From positions 1-53,527 of IMG/VR virus record IMGVR_UViG_3300012232_000015: a stretch of DNA of 53,527 nt; one strand, written 5' to 3'. The stretch comes from a virus. Its lineage: Duplodnaviria; Caudoviricetes. The notes below the pieces were generated by a model. The model searched no databases. It had not been told where the DNA came from and was given only the letters and a program-made list of their open reading frames with translations. The position numbers and the translations under genes are program-made. Shown here in pieces: positions 30,460 through 40,460 of this stretch (position 1 is its first letter; each line of letters begins with the position of its first letter).

Positions 30460-32943
30460 TTGGTCACACAGTCCCACATCCTCGACCAGCACGGAGAGCC
30501 GTTCCAGCTGAACGGCCACGACCTTTCAGCGTCCGCTTCGCCAGCCCCGCTCGCCGCCCCCAGCGTCGGCGGCCGCGGCAGGCGGGCGGAGGTCAAGGCC
30601 GCAGAGTTCTGGGGCTCGGCGCTCACAGACTACGTCGGCGCGCTGGCCGGGTCGCGCGCTCCGGCGCGGTGGCGCGCGCAGGACCCGTTCGGGAACCACG
30701 TGTGGGTGTTCGCCGCGGCGATGACCGCAGCGACCGTCGCGGCGCAGGCTCCGATGCAGATCGTCCGCGAGACACAGGCGTTCCTCGACTTCAGGCGCGT
30801 GCGGGCGGAGCGCCTAGGGCGAGCGTTCAAGCGAGGGGTCGGTAAGAACCGGCGGGCCATTCAGCGTCACGTGCTGGTCCCCACAGACCGGCGGCTGCGC
30901 AGCAAGGCGCTCGAGCCGGACCCCGAGCACCCGCTGATGGCCGTACTGCTGAAGCCGAACCCGCTGCAGCACGGAAACCAGCTGATGCAGCTGACGCACC
31001 TGTGGCTGCAAGTGCGCGGCGAAGTGTTCTGGGTCCTCACCGACGAGGAAGGTGGGCCGGTTGAGGTCGGCCAGATTCCGGACCGGATCTGGCCGCTGGC
31101 TCCGGACCTCTTCCAGCCGCTTTTCGAGACGGCGGTCGGCGGCGAGCTGCTTGGGTGGCGCATCCAGCTGCCGCAGTGGATGCCGCAGCGGTCGCGAGGG
31201 CGCCAGCTGGACGTCAGCACGGACGACGTCATCCAGTTCAAGCTGCCGAACCCGCGCGACCCGACGCGCGGGCTCTCGCGCCTCGCGGCGGCGGCGATGG
31301 GCATCGAGACGGATTTGGTGGCGCGCACCACCAACCGGTCGCTGCTCGAGAACCAGGCCGTGCCGCGAGGCATCTTGACGCACACCGACGTCCTCACTGA
31401 GCCCGAGGAGGCGGAGCTGCGGCGCAAGTGGAACGAGCGGCACGGCGGGGAGGCCTCGGCAGGGCGCACTGCGATCCTGAGCGGCGGGCTCACGTACCAG
31501 CCCACGCAGCTGTCGCCGGTCGAGATCCAGCTGCTGGAGCAGCTGAAGTGGGGCCGAGACGAGATCCTGGCGGCGCTCAACATGCCGAAGTCGGTGCTGG
31601 GCGTCACCGACGCGCTGAACTACGCCACGCAGCTCGGGCAGGACTTCAATCTGTGGGACAAGAACCTCCTGCCGATGCTGCGCCTCGAGGAGACGACCAT
31701 CGACGAGTCGCCGATGATGTCGGCGGAGGGCGACGACGTCGTCGCGCTGCACGATCTCACTATGGTCGAGGCGCTTCGCGCCGGCGTGAGCGACAAGGTC
31801 ACCATCGCGGCGCAGATGTGCGGGGGCCCGCTGCACGCCCCGCCGAAGACCGCTTACGAGGTCGTCGGGCTCGAGATCGACGACTACCCCGGCATCGACG
31901 TCGCCTTCGTGAGCGCCATAGCCTCGACGCCGGTGGAGCAGGTGCTGGCCGCAGCTGAGCAGGATTCCCTCGTGCCCGGCTCGCCGGGAAGCGCCGCTCC
32001 GCCGGTGTCGTTCCTCCCCGGCGGCGCACCGGCCGCCGACGGCGGGGTCTCGTTCCTTCCTGCTACCGGAGCGGGCGAGCCGGCGGCCGCCCCTAGCAAC
32101 GGCGCGGTCTCGTTCTTGCCGACGGCCGCAGCGCTGTTGCGCACGCACAAGACAATCCGCAAGCAGGGCGATCGCCGCTGGCGAGACTTCGTGAAGCTGC
32201 AGGCGCCGATCGAGGGCAAGTACAAGCGCGCCTACCGCAACTGGATTACCACCCAGAAGCGCGAGACCGTCGAGCGCTTCGACGCGGCCGCCGGCGGAGA
32301 GAAGCGCCTCACAGCGAGGGTAAAGCAGGTGGACGCGGGAGCCATCTTGCCGTCGCTGGCCAAGGCGCAGTCGGCGCTCAAGGACCGCGTATTGCCCATC
32401 GCCACCGGGGCGCTGGAGGCCATCTACGACTTCACACTGGAGGACCTCGGCGGCGTCGCCACCTTCCAGATCGACGACCCCGCGATCCAGGCGTACTTCG
32501 ACAAGCGCGTGAAGGTCTTGGTCAACTCCGCACCGGAGACGCTGCTCAAGAACCTGAGCCGCGCGCTGCAGGAGGGCATCCAGGCTGGAGAGACGGTGCA
32601 GCAGCTCCGACTGCGCGTTGCCGGCGTCTTCGACATCGCGGCGAGCTCGGCGAAGGCCTTGACCATCGCCCGCACCGAGTCAGCCGCTCTCATGGACGGC
32701 ACGCGAGACCAGATCTTCGCGCTCGCAGGGGTCACCGAGGAGGAGTGGGTGAGCGCCGGCGACGAGGTCGTGCGCGTCACCCACGTGACGTACGGTGGAG
32801 CCGGCCCGCAGGACCGCGAGTTCAATTACCTGGAGCTGACCGACCGCACCTCTGGCGGCGTGCTGGCCCACCCCCACGACCTGCGGTGCACGCTGCTCGA
32901 CGAGCTGGTGAACTGCCGCTGCATCAAGATCCCGATCGCCTGA
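30460..32943 (+). CDS. Portal protein fused to head morphogenesis (Mu gpF / SPP1 gp7-like) domain
   Basis: HPLMAVLLKPNP, GLSRL, W..RHGG..SAGRTAILSGGL.Y portal motifs. C-terminal IARTE, WVSAGD..VR.TH and NCRC gpF motifs. Confidence 0.9.
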   Translation: MVTQSHILDQHGEPFQLNGHDLSASASPAPLAAPSVGGRGRRAEVKAAEFWGSALTDYVGALAGSRAPARWRAQDPFGNHVWVFAAAMTAATVAAQAPMQIVRETQAFLDFRRVRAERLGRAFKRGVGKNRRAIQRHVLVPTDRRLRSKALEPDPEHPLMAVLLKPNPLQHGNQLMQLTHLWLQVRGEVFWVLTDEEGGPVEVGQIPDRIWPLAPDLFQPLFETAVGGELLGWRIQLPQWMPQRSRGRQLDVSTDDVIQFKLPNPRDPTRGLSRLAAAAMGIETDLVARTTNRSLLENQAVPRGILTHTDVLTEPEEAELRRKWNERHGGEASAGRTAILSGGLTYQPTQLSPVEIQLLEQLKWGRDEILAALNMPKSVLGVTDALNYATQLGQDFNLWDKNLLPMLRLEETTIDESPMMSAEGDDVVALHDLTMVEALRAGVSDKVTIAAQMCGGPLHAPPKTAYEVVGLEIDDYPGIDVAFVSAIASTPVEQVLAAAEQDSLVPGSPGSAAPPVSFLPGGAPAADGGVSFLPATGAGEPAAAPSNGAVSFLPTAAALLRTHKTIRKQGDRRWRDFVKLQAPIEGKYKRAYRNWITTQKRETVERFDAAAGGEKRLTARVKQVDAGAILPSLAKAQSALKDRVLPIATGALEAIYDFTLEDLGGVATFQIDDPAIQAYFDKRVKVLVNSAPETLLKNLSRALQEGIQAGETVQQLRLRVAGVFDIAASSAKALTIARTESAALMDGTRDQIFALAGVTEEEWVSAGDEVVRVTHVTYGGAGPQDREFNYLELTDRTSGGVLAHPHDLRCTLLDELVNCRCIKIPIA

Positions 32944-32954
32944 GGAGCAAAGCC

Positions 32955-34220
32955 ATGGACCTCACCAAGCTCAAGTCAGTCGTCGTCCTCGAGGACGAGG
33001 GCCTCATTGTCGATCGCCTTCAGAAGGGCGCGAGCAAGCCGAAGGGCCAGCTTCCGCACACCACGTGGGAGACGGGCGAGGGCGGGAGGCTGCAGCTTCG
33101 CAAGAACACCGCGGCGGCGTACGGGAAGGAGCTGCAGGTGCCGGGAAAGTCGGAGCTCGAGGCGCTGGCCAAGGCGCGTGGCCTGCCTTGGGAGCCATCG
33201 CTGGCGGAGCGCGTCATCCCGTGGTGGGCGAGCGATGAGCGCGTCGACGGGCACGGCGAGATCGTGCTCCAGAACTGGCACTTCGAGGAGTTCGCGGACA
33301 ACCCCGTCGTGCCGTTCTCTCACGAGTGGTGGGCCCCGCCGGTCGGCAACGTCCTGAACTGGGAGGTGGTCGCGCGCCAGCACAAGGACTTCACCGGCCA
33401 GGCGCTGAAGCTTCTCACCGTCTTCGCTACGAAAGAGACGTGGGAGTGGGCGGACACCATCTTCCGGCTGCTGAAGACGCGCTTCCTCCGAGGCGGTAGC
33501 GTAGGCTTCTGGAGCGCCAAGGTCATCGACGTCACGGACCCGGAAGAGCGCGCGCAGCTCGGGCTCGGCCCGTGGGGTTTCATCCTCGACGAGAACCACC
33601 TGCTGGAGTTCAGCCCCACGACGATCGGTGCGAACCCGGGGGCGTTCACGATCCTCAGCGGCGCGAAGGCGCGCGGCGACCTCCAGGCTCGAGACATGCT
33701 GATGGTGCGCGAGCTGATGCGCCAGCAGGCGCTGCGCACCGACCAGACGAAAGACGCCTGGGCCGAGACGTGCGGGCGCGTCCTTTCAATGAGCCGCGCC
33801 CTCTTTCCGAAGTTCGACTTCAAGGCTGACGCGACGGACGTCGGCGAGCCGCTCATCGACGCGCCGCCGGAGGACCGCGAGCTGACCGGCGCGGTGGTCG
33901 TCGAGCAGTTCGACGAGGAGCCCGGCAATGTGCCGGCTGAGCCGACGATGGGCCAGCTCATCTCAGCCCTCGACGAGGGGTTCGCCGCGCTCTTCCAGAT
34001 GATCGCCGACATCCGCGACAGGGTGGAGGCCATCGCCGGCCCAGGCGACGACGACGAGGATCCGGAAGAGGATCTGGACGAGAGGGAAGATGAGGACGAG
34101 GACGACGACGAGGACGTCGCCCCGCCTCGACCGAAGCTGCTCAACGGTCAGCTCGACCGCATGAGCAAGGCGGTGACGGACCTGCGTGTGCGACTGGCTC
34201 CGGCCGGCAGCAGCGACTAA
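32955..34220 (+). CDS. HK97-family prohead protease with acidic C-terminal extension
   Basis: ASDERVDGHGEIV, NPVVPFSH, GGSVGF, LLEFSPTTIGANPGA. Confidence 0.88.
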   Translation: MDLTKLKSVVVLEDEGLIVDRLQKGASKPKGQLPHTTWETGEGGRLQLRKNTAAAYGKELQVPGKSELEALAKARGLPWEPSLAERVIPWWASDERVDGHGEIVLQNWHFEEFADNPVVPFSHEWWAPPVGNVLNWEVVARQHKDFTGQALKLLTVFATKETWEWADTIFRLLKTRFLRGGSVGFWSAKVIDVTDPEERAQLGLGPWGFILDENHLLEFSPTTIGANPGAFTILSGAKARGDLQARDMLMVRELMRQQALRTDQTKDAWAETCGRVLSMSRALFPKFDFKADATDVGEPLIDAPPEDRELTGAVVVEQFDEEPGNVPAEPTMGQLISALDEGFAALFQMIADIRDRVEAIAGPGDDDEDPEEDLDEREDEDEDDDEDVAPPRPKLLNGQLDRMSKAVTDLRVRLAPAGSSD

Positions 34221-34271
34221 CTCTGTAGGACACAGGCTCAAACAAGGAAATGGTCGGAAGGAGACGATAAA

Positions 34272-35684
34272 ATGGTCGTGAAGCCGAAGGTGAAGGACAA
34301 GCCGGAGCAGCTCGAAGAGCGCTTCGCTCAGCTGCTCACGCAGATGGAGACGCTGGTCGGAGACGACGGCGAGTTCGCCTCATTCAAGGATCTGGTCACC
34401 GCGATCCAGACGGATGTGGCGGCGCTCAAGAAGACGGACCCTGCAAAGGTCCTCGAAGAGCTGGACCGCATGAAGAGCGGCCAAGCGACCCTCGCTCGCC
34501 AGATCCGGAACAGCCGCCGCGGGCTGTACGTCTCCGGCATCGAGGACGAAGACTTCTCTCTGCTGAAGGCCATGTGCGCCGTGAAGAGCGGCGACTGGAG
34601 CCTGGCCGGCAAGGAGAAGGAGATGATGGACCAGTGGCGCTCGAAGGCGTCGGCCCAGGCGATCGGCGACGACGCCAGGGGCGGCTACTTCGTGGCCGAC
34701 CAGGTGATCGCGGACGTCATCGCCGCCATCTACACCAAGTCAGTGTTCATCAACCTCGCGGGTGAGGGCACGACGCGCGTGTCCGTCCTCGAGGGCCTCA
34801 GCGGCGCGAACGTGAAGATCCCGAAGTTCCTCGGAGGCCTGATCGCCTACTGGATCGGGGAGGAAGACAACTACATCGACAGCATGACGACGGTCGGCGA
34901 CGTCAACCTGAATCCCAAGAAGCTGGGCGTTCTGGTGCGCATCACCGACTCCATGCGGAAGTTCCAGAGCTTCGGCTTCGAGAACCTGCTCCGCAACGAC
35001 ATGCAACGGGCCGCCGCGAAGAAGCTCGACTGGACCATCATGTACGGCACCGGCGGGGACAACACCCCGCGCGGCATCACCCACGCCAACGGCATCAAGA
35101 TCTACTCCGCGCAGTCCGGCGGGGTGGGGACGCTCGGGACCACGCCGCTCAACGCGGCGCCGTTCCAGGCCGACTGGCAGGGCGGTGAGATGGACTTCGA
35201 CGACCTCGACAACATGATCCTCGCCCTCGAGGAGGACGAGATCGACCTGGACGCGTCGGCGGCCATCATCTCCAGCCCGCGCTTCATCAAGCGCCTGAAG
35301 CAGCTGAAGATCCTCAACTTCTCCGGCCAGACCACCGGCCAGCCGTACCTCCTGGGGGCGCCGACGCTGAGCGACGCGAAGCTGCGCGACGCGCTCGGGA
35401 TGGACATCGACTCGACGACGCAGATCTTCTCCAACAACATGCCGGGCGAGAGCATCAACGCCCCGACCACGTCGACGGAGGAGGAGTTCACCGACGTCTT
35501 CTCCGGCAACCTTGCGGAGATCATCCTGGCGCGGTGGTTCGGCATCGAGATCGAGGACGACGCCGGCAAGGGCAAGGGCTTCGTCTCCGACCACATCTAC
35601 ATGAAGCTTCGCATGTACGCCGACATCGGCTACCGGCAGGAGCGCGCCCTCATCATGAGCCCCGACGTCAGAGCGCGGACCTAG
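34272..35684 (+). CDS. Major capsid protein (HK97 fold)
   Basis: N-terminal coiled-coil delta domain, GGYFV, AYWIGEE, LNPKKLG, GTGGDNTPRGI. Confidence 0.95.
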   Translation: MVVKPKVKDKPEQLEERFAQLLTQMETLVGDDGEFASFKDLVTAIQTDVAALKKTDPAKVLEELDRMKSGQATLARQIRNSRRGLYVSGIEDEDFSLLKAMCAVKSGDWSLAGKEKEMMDQWRSKASAQAIGDDARGGYFVADQVIADVIAAIYTKSVFINLAGEGTTRVSVLEGLSGANVKIPKFLGGLIAYWIGEEDNYIDSMTTVGDVNLNPKKLGVLVRITDSMRKFQSFGFENLLRNDMQRAAAKKLDWTIMYGTGGDNTPRGITHANGIKIYSAQSGGVGTLGTTPLNAAPFQADWQGGEMDFDDLDNMILALEEDEIDLDASAAIISSPRFIKRLKQLKILNFSGQTTGQPYLLGAPTLSDAKLRDALGMDIDSTTQIFSNNMPGESINAPTTSTEEEFTDVFSGNLAEIILARWFGIEIEDDAGKGKGFVSDHIYMKLRMYADIGYRQERALIMSPDVRART

Positions 35685-35749
35685 GCGAGCTGACTCAGAA
35701 CCAGAACAGATCGACTAGAACGCAAGAAGACGAAGGAGAAACGAACGCA

Positions 35750-36253
35750 ATGTCACTGCACGGACGCAACTTCTTCCACGCTCACCTGGTCCAGCTCGCC
35801 GTCGCGCCGCAGAGCATCGCCTCCGCGGCCACGGTGAACGGGCAGACGGTGGTCGAGCCGTGGAACTGGGGTCGCCAGCTCAGCATCATCCTCCTCGGCG
35901 GCGCCTTCGGCGCGACCACGTCCCTGGCCGTCACGGTCCAGGGGCTGAAGCGCTCCGACGGCACCACCTGGGAGGCTCTGAAGGAGAGCGACGACGTCAC
36001 CAACCTGGCCTTCACTCCGACCCTCCTCGACGACGCCACGATCATCGAGAACGGGTACCTGATGGGGACCATCGACCTCGGGGACGTCGACAGCGAAGTC
36101 TACGAGGCCATACGCATCTCCGTCACGGAGAACGGGGGCGGCGCCAATGCCGTTCTCTTCGCGGCCGTCTACGTCATCGCCGACCTCTACGCTCGCCCCG
36201 GCGGCGAAGTGGACGACCTGTTCTACAAGGCGCACGCCGCTCCGCCGGCGTAG
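35750..36253 (+). CDS. Putative capsid decoration/cement protein
   Basis: Strong AAGGAG RBS, directly after MCP, beta-rich. Confidence 0.6.
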   Translation: MSLHGRNFFHAHLVQLAVAPQSIASAATVNGQTVVEPWNWGRQLSIILLGGAFGATTSLAVTVQGLKRSDGTTWEALKESDDVTNLAFTPTLLDDATIIENGYLMGTIDLGDVDSEVYEAIRISVTENGGGANAVLFAAVYVIADLYARPGGEVDDLFYKAHAAPPA

Positions 36254-36274
36254 CCTAGTCGCGACGCGCCGAAG

Positions 36275-36418
36275 ATGCCCGGCATCAGAGGTGGCAAGGA
36301 CGACGGCGACGGCCTCCCGGAGCCGAAGCCGAAGACTCCTCCGGCGGAGAAGCCGAGAGTCCGCGCCGTCGTCCGTCGACCGCAAGTCAGAGCTAGGGTG
36401 ACTGACAGGATCTCGTGA
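36275..36418 (+). CDS. Small Pro/Arg-rich protein (47 aa, not in ORF track)
   Basis: MPGIRGGKDDGDGLPEPKPKTPPAEKPRVRAVVRRPQVRARVTDRIS*, GTGA-coupled to the next gene. Confidence 0.5.
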   Translation: MPGIRGGKDDGDGLPEPKPKTPPAEKPRVRAVVRRPQVRARVTDRIS

Positions 36419-36780
36419 CCGCATTCGCAGAATTGCCTCCGGCGCTCGAGCTGCTGCTCGGGTCGGCCGGCGACTTCGACGTCTGGCTCTTCGACCAAAA
36501 CGACGCGCCGGAGGACCTGTCAGACGTCGACGACGCGGTGTTCACCGTCAGGGACGGCCCGTCGGCGCTCGAGCCGCTACTGGAACTGGGCGACCCAGAC
36601 GTCGTTGTGGTGGTGGCAGACAGCAAGCTAGTCTGCACCGTGAGCCAAGCTGTCGCTGACCAGCTGGTCGCGGGGCTGTTCGTCGGCGACGCCGCGCTGC
36701 ACTTCGCCTCCGACGACGTCTGGAAGCACACCGACCCCGTCGCCGTTCGCATTAGAGCCACATACTCGACCCACCCGTGA
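36415..36780 (+). CDS. Hypothetical virion protein
   Basis: Beta-rich, acidic, coupled within the head-tail region. Confidence 0.65.
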   Translation: MTAFAELPPALELLLGSAGDFDVWLFDQNDAPEDLSDVDDAVFTVRDGPSALEPLLELGDPDVVVVVADSKLVCTVSQAVADQLVAGLFVGDAALHFASDDVWKHTDPVAVRIRATYSTHP

Positions 36781-37337
36781 TCTCCCTCAGCCAGATCCGC
36801 CAGGCTGCGAAGACGAAGCCCGAGGACGAGGACGTCGTCGAGCTGCTCCAGCACGCGGTCATCGAGCTGTGGGAGAGCGCCACCGGGCTTTTGTGGGACA
36901 AGCGTCTCGCGCACGTCGAAGAATTCTTCGTCGACCCAGGGCAGCGCACCCTGCGGCTCTCGCTCAGACCCGTGCTGCAGATCGTGCAGGTGCGCGAGCG
37001 AGGGTCGCCGGCTAGCTCGTGGGAGCCGCTGGCCGTCGCAGAGTGGCAGTTCGCGGGGTCTGGCGAGCTGCGACGCCTCGGAGTCTCAGCGGGCGGGCTG
37101 TGGAGCTGGGAGTCGAGCGTCCAGGTGACCTACGATGGCGGCTACGACGAGTTCACCTGCCCGCGCGACGTCCAGCTGGCTCTCATCACCCAGGCGCGCT
37201 TCATGACCGAGCGCAACAGCGACGGCAAGCTCATCGTCAAGAACCAGGCGTTCGAGGGCGGGAGCGGGTCGCTGCACGAGGCCGATTTGCACCCGCTCTT
37301 CCAGGCCACGGCGAATCGGAGGCGGAAGAAGTTCTAG
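36777..37337 (+). CDS. Head-tail connector/adaptor protein
   Basis: Position, plus L.LRPV..I..V and VQVTYDGGY...PRDVQLA motifs. Confidence 0.8.
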   Translation: MISLSQIRQAAKTKPEDEDVVELLQHAVIELWESATGLLWDKRLAHVEEFFVDPGQRTLRLSLRPVLQIVQVRERGSPASSWEPLAVAEWQFAGSGELRRLGVSAGGLWSWESSVQVTYDGGYDEFTCPRDVQLALITQARFMTERNSDGKLIVKNQAFEGGSGSLHEADLHPLFQATANRRRKKF

Positions 37338-37345
37338 TCGGTCAC

Positions 37346-38047
37346 ATGGTCGCTCCGCAGTTCATCAAAGTCGAGCTAGACAAGCGCTCGCTCGCCTACA
37401 TTCAAGCCCTCGAGAAGTCTCTGGGCAAGGAGGCGCTGTACGCTCAGCTCGACCGGTTCTTCGCCAAGCAGTCGCTCATCGCTGCCGGCCACATCTCGCG
37501 CAACATGCTGAGCGGCCAGCGGCTGGCGCGGCGCACCGGACAGCTGGCGCGAAGCATCGCAGGGGCCGCGCTCCGCGTCGACGGCGTGCCGGCTATGCGC
37601 GTCGGCGTCTTTCGCGGCCCGGCGCTCAAGTACGCCGGGGTGCAGGAGTTCGGCACGAAGGGCAAGAACCCCGACTCGCCGTACCCCACCATCCGGCCGC
37701 GAAGTGCGAGGGCGCTGGCCATCCCGCAGGCTCCGGAGGCCGTGACGCCGGCCGGAGTGGATCGCTTCGGCGGGCCGCGAGGGTTTCCCGGTGAGCTGCA
37801 CTTCGTCCCGTTCAGGGACAGCGGGGTCAGCCAGGGTGCCATCGGCGGGCTCTACTCCGACCGTGAGTACGACATCGGCATCGAGTTCGGCTTCGACCGC
37901 GCCAAGGTCGCGTACCTGCTGGTGGCGAAGGTGGACCTCGAGCCGAAGTACTATCTCCGCGACGGGTTCCGGTCGTATCTGCCGATGCTCTCGAAGGAGC
38001 TGGCCGAGCTGCTCGCTGACCTGGTGCGGGGAGGGCAGGCGGCGTGA
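37346..38047 (+). CDS. Tail completion / neck protein
   Basis: RRTGQLARSI, KYAGVQEFG, TIRPRSARALAIP motifs. Confidence 0.7.
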   Translation: MVAPQFIKVELDKRSLAYIQALEKSLGKEALYAQLDRFFAKQSLIAAGHISRNMLSGQRLARRTGQLARSIAGAALRVDGVPAMRVGVFRGPALKYAGVQEFGTKGKNPDSPYPTIRPRSARALAIPQAPEAVTPAGVDRFGGPRGFPGELHFVPFRDSGVSQGAIGGLYSDREYDIGIEFGFDRAKVAYLLVAKVDLEPKYYLRDGFRSYLPMLSKELAELLADLVRGGQAA

Positions 38048-38475
38048 GCTCTCGAGCTGTCTTTCTTCAGAAGCTGAAGGCTGAGTGCGAGGCCGCGCGC
38101 AACGGCCGATACTTTGTCAAGCGCGGCGTCATCAACTGGTCGACGTTCCCCTTCGACACGCACCCCTTCGCCATCGCGCTGGTGGTGGACGACTTCTCCT
38201 TTGCGGACGACAACGGGTTCCAGGAGATGCGCGTGTCGCTCGAGGTTGCGGCGCGGATGCCCGACGACCTGGAGCAGCCGGAGATTGATGACGGCTTGCT
38301 GGACGAGCTGACCGAGGACGCGGAGCGCGCGCTCCAGCTGGTCATCAAGGCGCTCGACGCCAACCAAGATGCCGTGGTGCTGAGGTTTGACGCTAGGACC
38401 TCTCGCGGCGTGGAGTTTCACGACACGGCCCTTCGCGTGCAGGGGGTCGTGATCACGTTCTTCGTAGTGGTCTAG
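38044..38475 (+). CDS. Putative tail terminator
   Basis: Size and position directly upstream of the tail tube gene. Confidence 0.55.
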   Translation: MSSRAVFLQKLKAECEAARNGRYFVKRGVINWSTFPFDTHPFAIALVVDDFSFADDNGFQEMRVSLEVAARMPDDLEQPEIDDGLLDELTEDAERALQLVIKALDANQDAVVLRFDARTSRGVEFHDTALRVQGVVITFFVVV

Positions 38476-38491
38476 GACAAGGAGCGAATAC

Positions 38492-39574
38492 ATGTCAGTC
38501 GTCGGTTTCCAGGACTTCTGGGTGGTGGGGTCCCGACTTCACTTCCAAAAAGAGACGCCGACTGGCGGCGTGGTGCAGCCTCTCGTGGACCTCGGCGTCA
38601 TCGAGACGGCCAATCCGGCGTTCGAGATCGAGAAGCTCGAGCTCGAGGACGGCGACGGCGGCGTCAAAACCGTCGTCGACGAGTCGGTCGTCTCCATCAA
38701 TGAGGCGTACGACATCACGTGCAACAACATCAGCATGACGAACCTGGCGCTCCTCTTCCAGGCAGAGGAGGCGACCGCCTACACCCAGACGGCCGCTGAG
38801 GAGATCGTCACCACCTACTCCCACGCGGGGAGGCTGGTGAAGATGGTCGACAACGACGCCCTCGCGACGCCGCTGTTCATGCTCAGCACGATTGCCGGTG
38901 TCCTCTCCGCGCCAGTGTCGGCTGGTGTGCTGACCACCAGCACCATCACGGCCATCAACGCCACCACCAAGGTGATCACCGCGACGGGCGACTTGACGAC
39001 GCACCTGGCAGTGGGCGAGGCCTTCGTCGTCAACGCCCTCGGCCTGGCGAACATCCTCAACTCGCGCACCTACACGGTGGTGTCGGTCGTCTTCACGTCC
39101 TCGAGTGCGATCACCGTGAACGAGACGCCGGCCGCGTCGGAGGTGGCCATCACCGGGTCCATCACATACAAGAACGCGACGGACACCGGGACGGTGTACA
39201 AGCAGGACGTCGACTGGGACGTGTACTCGCTCGACCGCGGCGTGGTGCGCCTCATCGAGGGCGGGGCGATCGTGGCCGACGGGAACCTGACGTACGTCTT
39301 CTCGAAGGCGGCTATCACCGGTGACCGGTTGCTGCAGCCGCAGACGTTGGGCGGCACCATCAAGGGCACGGCGTGGATCTACTGGGGGCGCGGAAACAAC
39401 GCCAACCAGACGGTCCGGGAAGCGCAGGTGTCGATCACGCCCAGCGCGTCCAACTTCAGCATCGACGACTTCAGCAACATGGTGCTGACCGTCACCATCA
39501 TCGGCGACGTCACGGCGCTGGTCCCGGCCGGTCGCCTGATCGCGATCAAGGGCGCGCTGCCGACCAGCTCCTAG
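38492..39574 (+). CDS. Major tail (tube) protein with inserted beta domain
   Basis: AAGGAG RBS. GSRLHF...VDLG, CNNISMTNLALLF, Thr/Val-rich. Precedes chaperone and tape measure. Confidence 0.8.
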   Translation: MSVVGFQDFWVVGSRLHFQKETPTGGVVQPLVDLGVIETANPAFEIEKLELEDGDGGVKTVVDESVVSINEAYDITCNNISMTNLALLFQAEEATAYTQTAAEEIVTTYSHAGRLVKMVDNDALATPLFMLSTIAGVLSAPVSAGVLTTSTITAINATTKVITATGDLTTHLAVGEAFVVNALGLANILNSRTYTVVSVVFTSSSAITVNETPAASEVAITGSITYKNATDTGTVYKQDVDWDVYSLDRGVVRLIEGGAIVADGNLTYVFSKAAITGDRLLQPQTLGGTIKGTAWIYWGRGNNANQTVREAQVSITPSASNFSIDDFSNMVLTVTIIGDVTALVPAGRLIAIKGALPTSS

Positions 39575-39602
39575 CGGTCGGCTGAGCACACTTCTCCCTA
39601 GG

Positions 39603-39635
39603 GGCCCGCCGATCCGGAGTGTCCGGCGGCGGGCC
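39603..39635 (+). terminator. Strong hairpin after tail tube gene
   Basis: GGCCCGCCG/CGGCGGGCC outer stem with inner CCGGA-GTG-TCCGG. No U-tract. Confidence 0.45.
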
Positions 39636-39666
39636 TCGCTGGACCTGAGCAGAGAAAGGACCGAGG

Positions 39667-40170
39667 ATGCCGGACAAGGACAACGGCGAAGACGTGATGG
39701 CCGGACTGTTTCCGGGGCAGAGCGTTGAGCTCGGCGACACCGGGATGCGCGCCGTCGTGCACGCCATCGGGATCGCGCACCTAAAGCGGTTCAATGCGAA
39801 GCTGCAGCGGATGGTGCTGCTGGCGCTGAGCGTCCCGAGGCGAGACGGCTCGTCGAACGAGCAGTACGGAGCGGAGGTGGCGAAGGTCATCGCTCCCGTG
39901 GCCGTGGCGGAGTTCATCGACCTCATTGAGGCGTGCACAGTGCTGCCGGCCGGCGTCGAGTTCGACAGGCTTCCGCACTGGTGCCTGCCGCCAATCGCGG
40001 ATGCGTGGATCAAGCAATCTTTCGAGGGGGCAGAGAAGATCCGCCCTTGGGCGGAGGCGGTGAAGAGCGCGCTGGAGAGGTTCCGGAACCTAGACGCGGA
40101 ATCGTCCTCGATGTTGGCGACATTGTCCAAGCGTGCATCGCCTCGGGTCACAGTCGCCGAGACATCCTAG
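39667..40170 (+). CDS. Tail assembly chaperone (gpG-like)
   Basis: Lies between tail tube and tape measure, with an overlapping -1 frame ORF downstream. Confidence 0.7.
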   Translation: MPDKDNGEDVMAGLFPGQSVELGDTGMRAVVHAIGIAHLKRFNAKLQRMVLLALSVPRRDGSSNEQYGAEVAKVIAPVAVAEFIDLIEACTVLPAGVEFDRLPHWCLPPIADAWIKQSFEGAEKIRPWAEAVKSALERFRNLDAESSSMLATLSKRASPRVTVAETS

Positions 40171-40460
40171 AGAGGAGGCAGCCGGGGTTCCCGTACGATG
40201 GGTGGAGCGTCGCTCAGCTGAGGTTCTGGGGCGAGCGGTGCGCGAGGCGGTGGGACGCCGCTACCGCGCAGCTCATCGAAGTGATGCAGCTGGCGATCGG
40301 GTCGGCATTCTCGAAGAAGGTGGCCAAGGGCGCGGAGCGCGCGACTGAGAAGCTGAGGAGACGTGGCAGACCAGCAAGTGACGATCCTGGCGCAGCTCAT
40401 CGATCAGGTGAGTGGGCCGGGGAGGGCAGTGACGCGCTTCCTCGGGGGGATGCGCAGTGA
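40080..40460 (+). CDS. Tail assembly chaperone gpT-like extension (-1 frame)
   Basis: DIVQACIASGHSRRDIL...WSVAQLRFW resembles gpT segments. No clear start of its own; start coordinate approximate. Confidence 0.5.
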   Translation, partial: VPEPRRGIVLDVGDIVQACIASGHSRRDILERRQPGFPYDGWSVAQLRFWGERCARRWDAATAQLIEVMQLAIGSAFSKKVAKGAERATEKLRRRGRPASDDPGAAHRSGEWAGEGSDALPRGDAQ

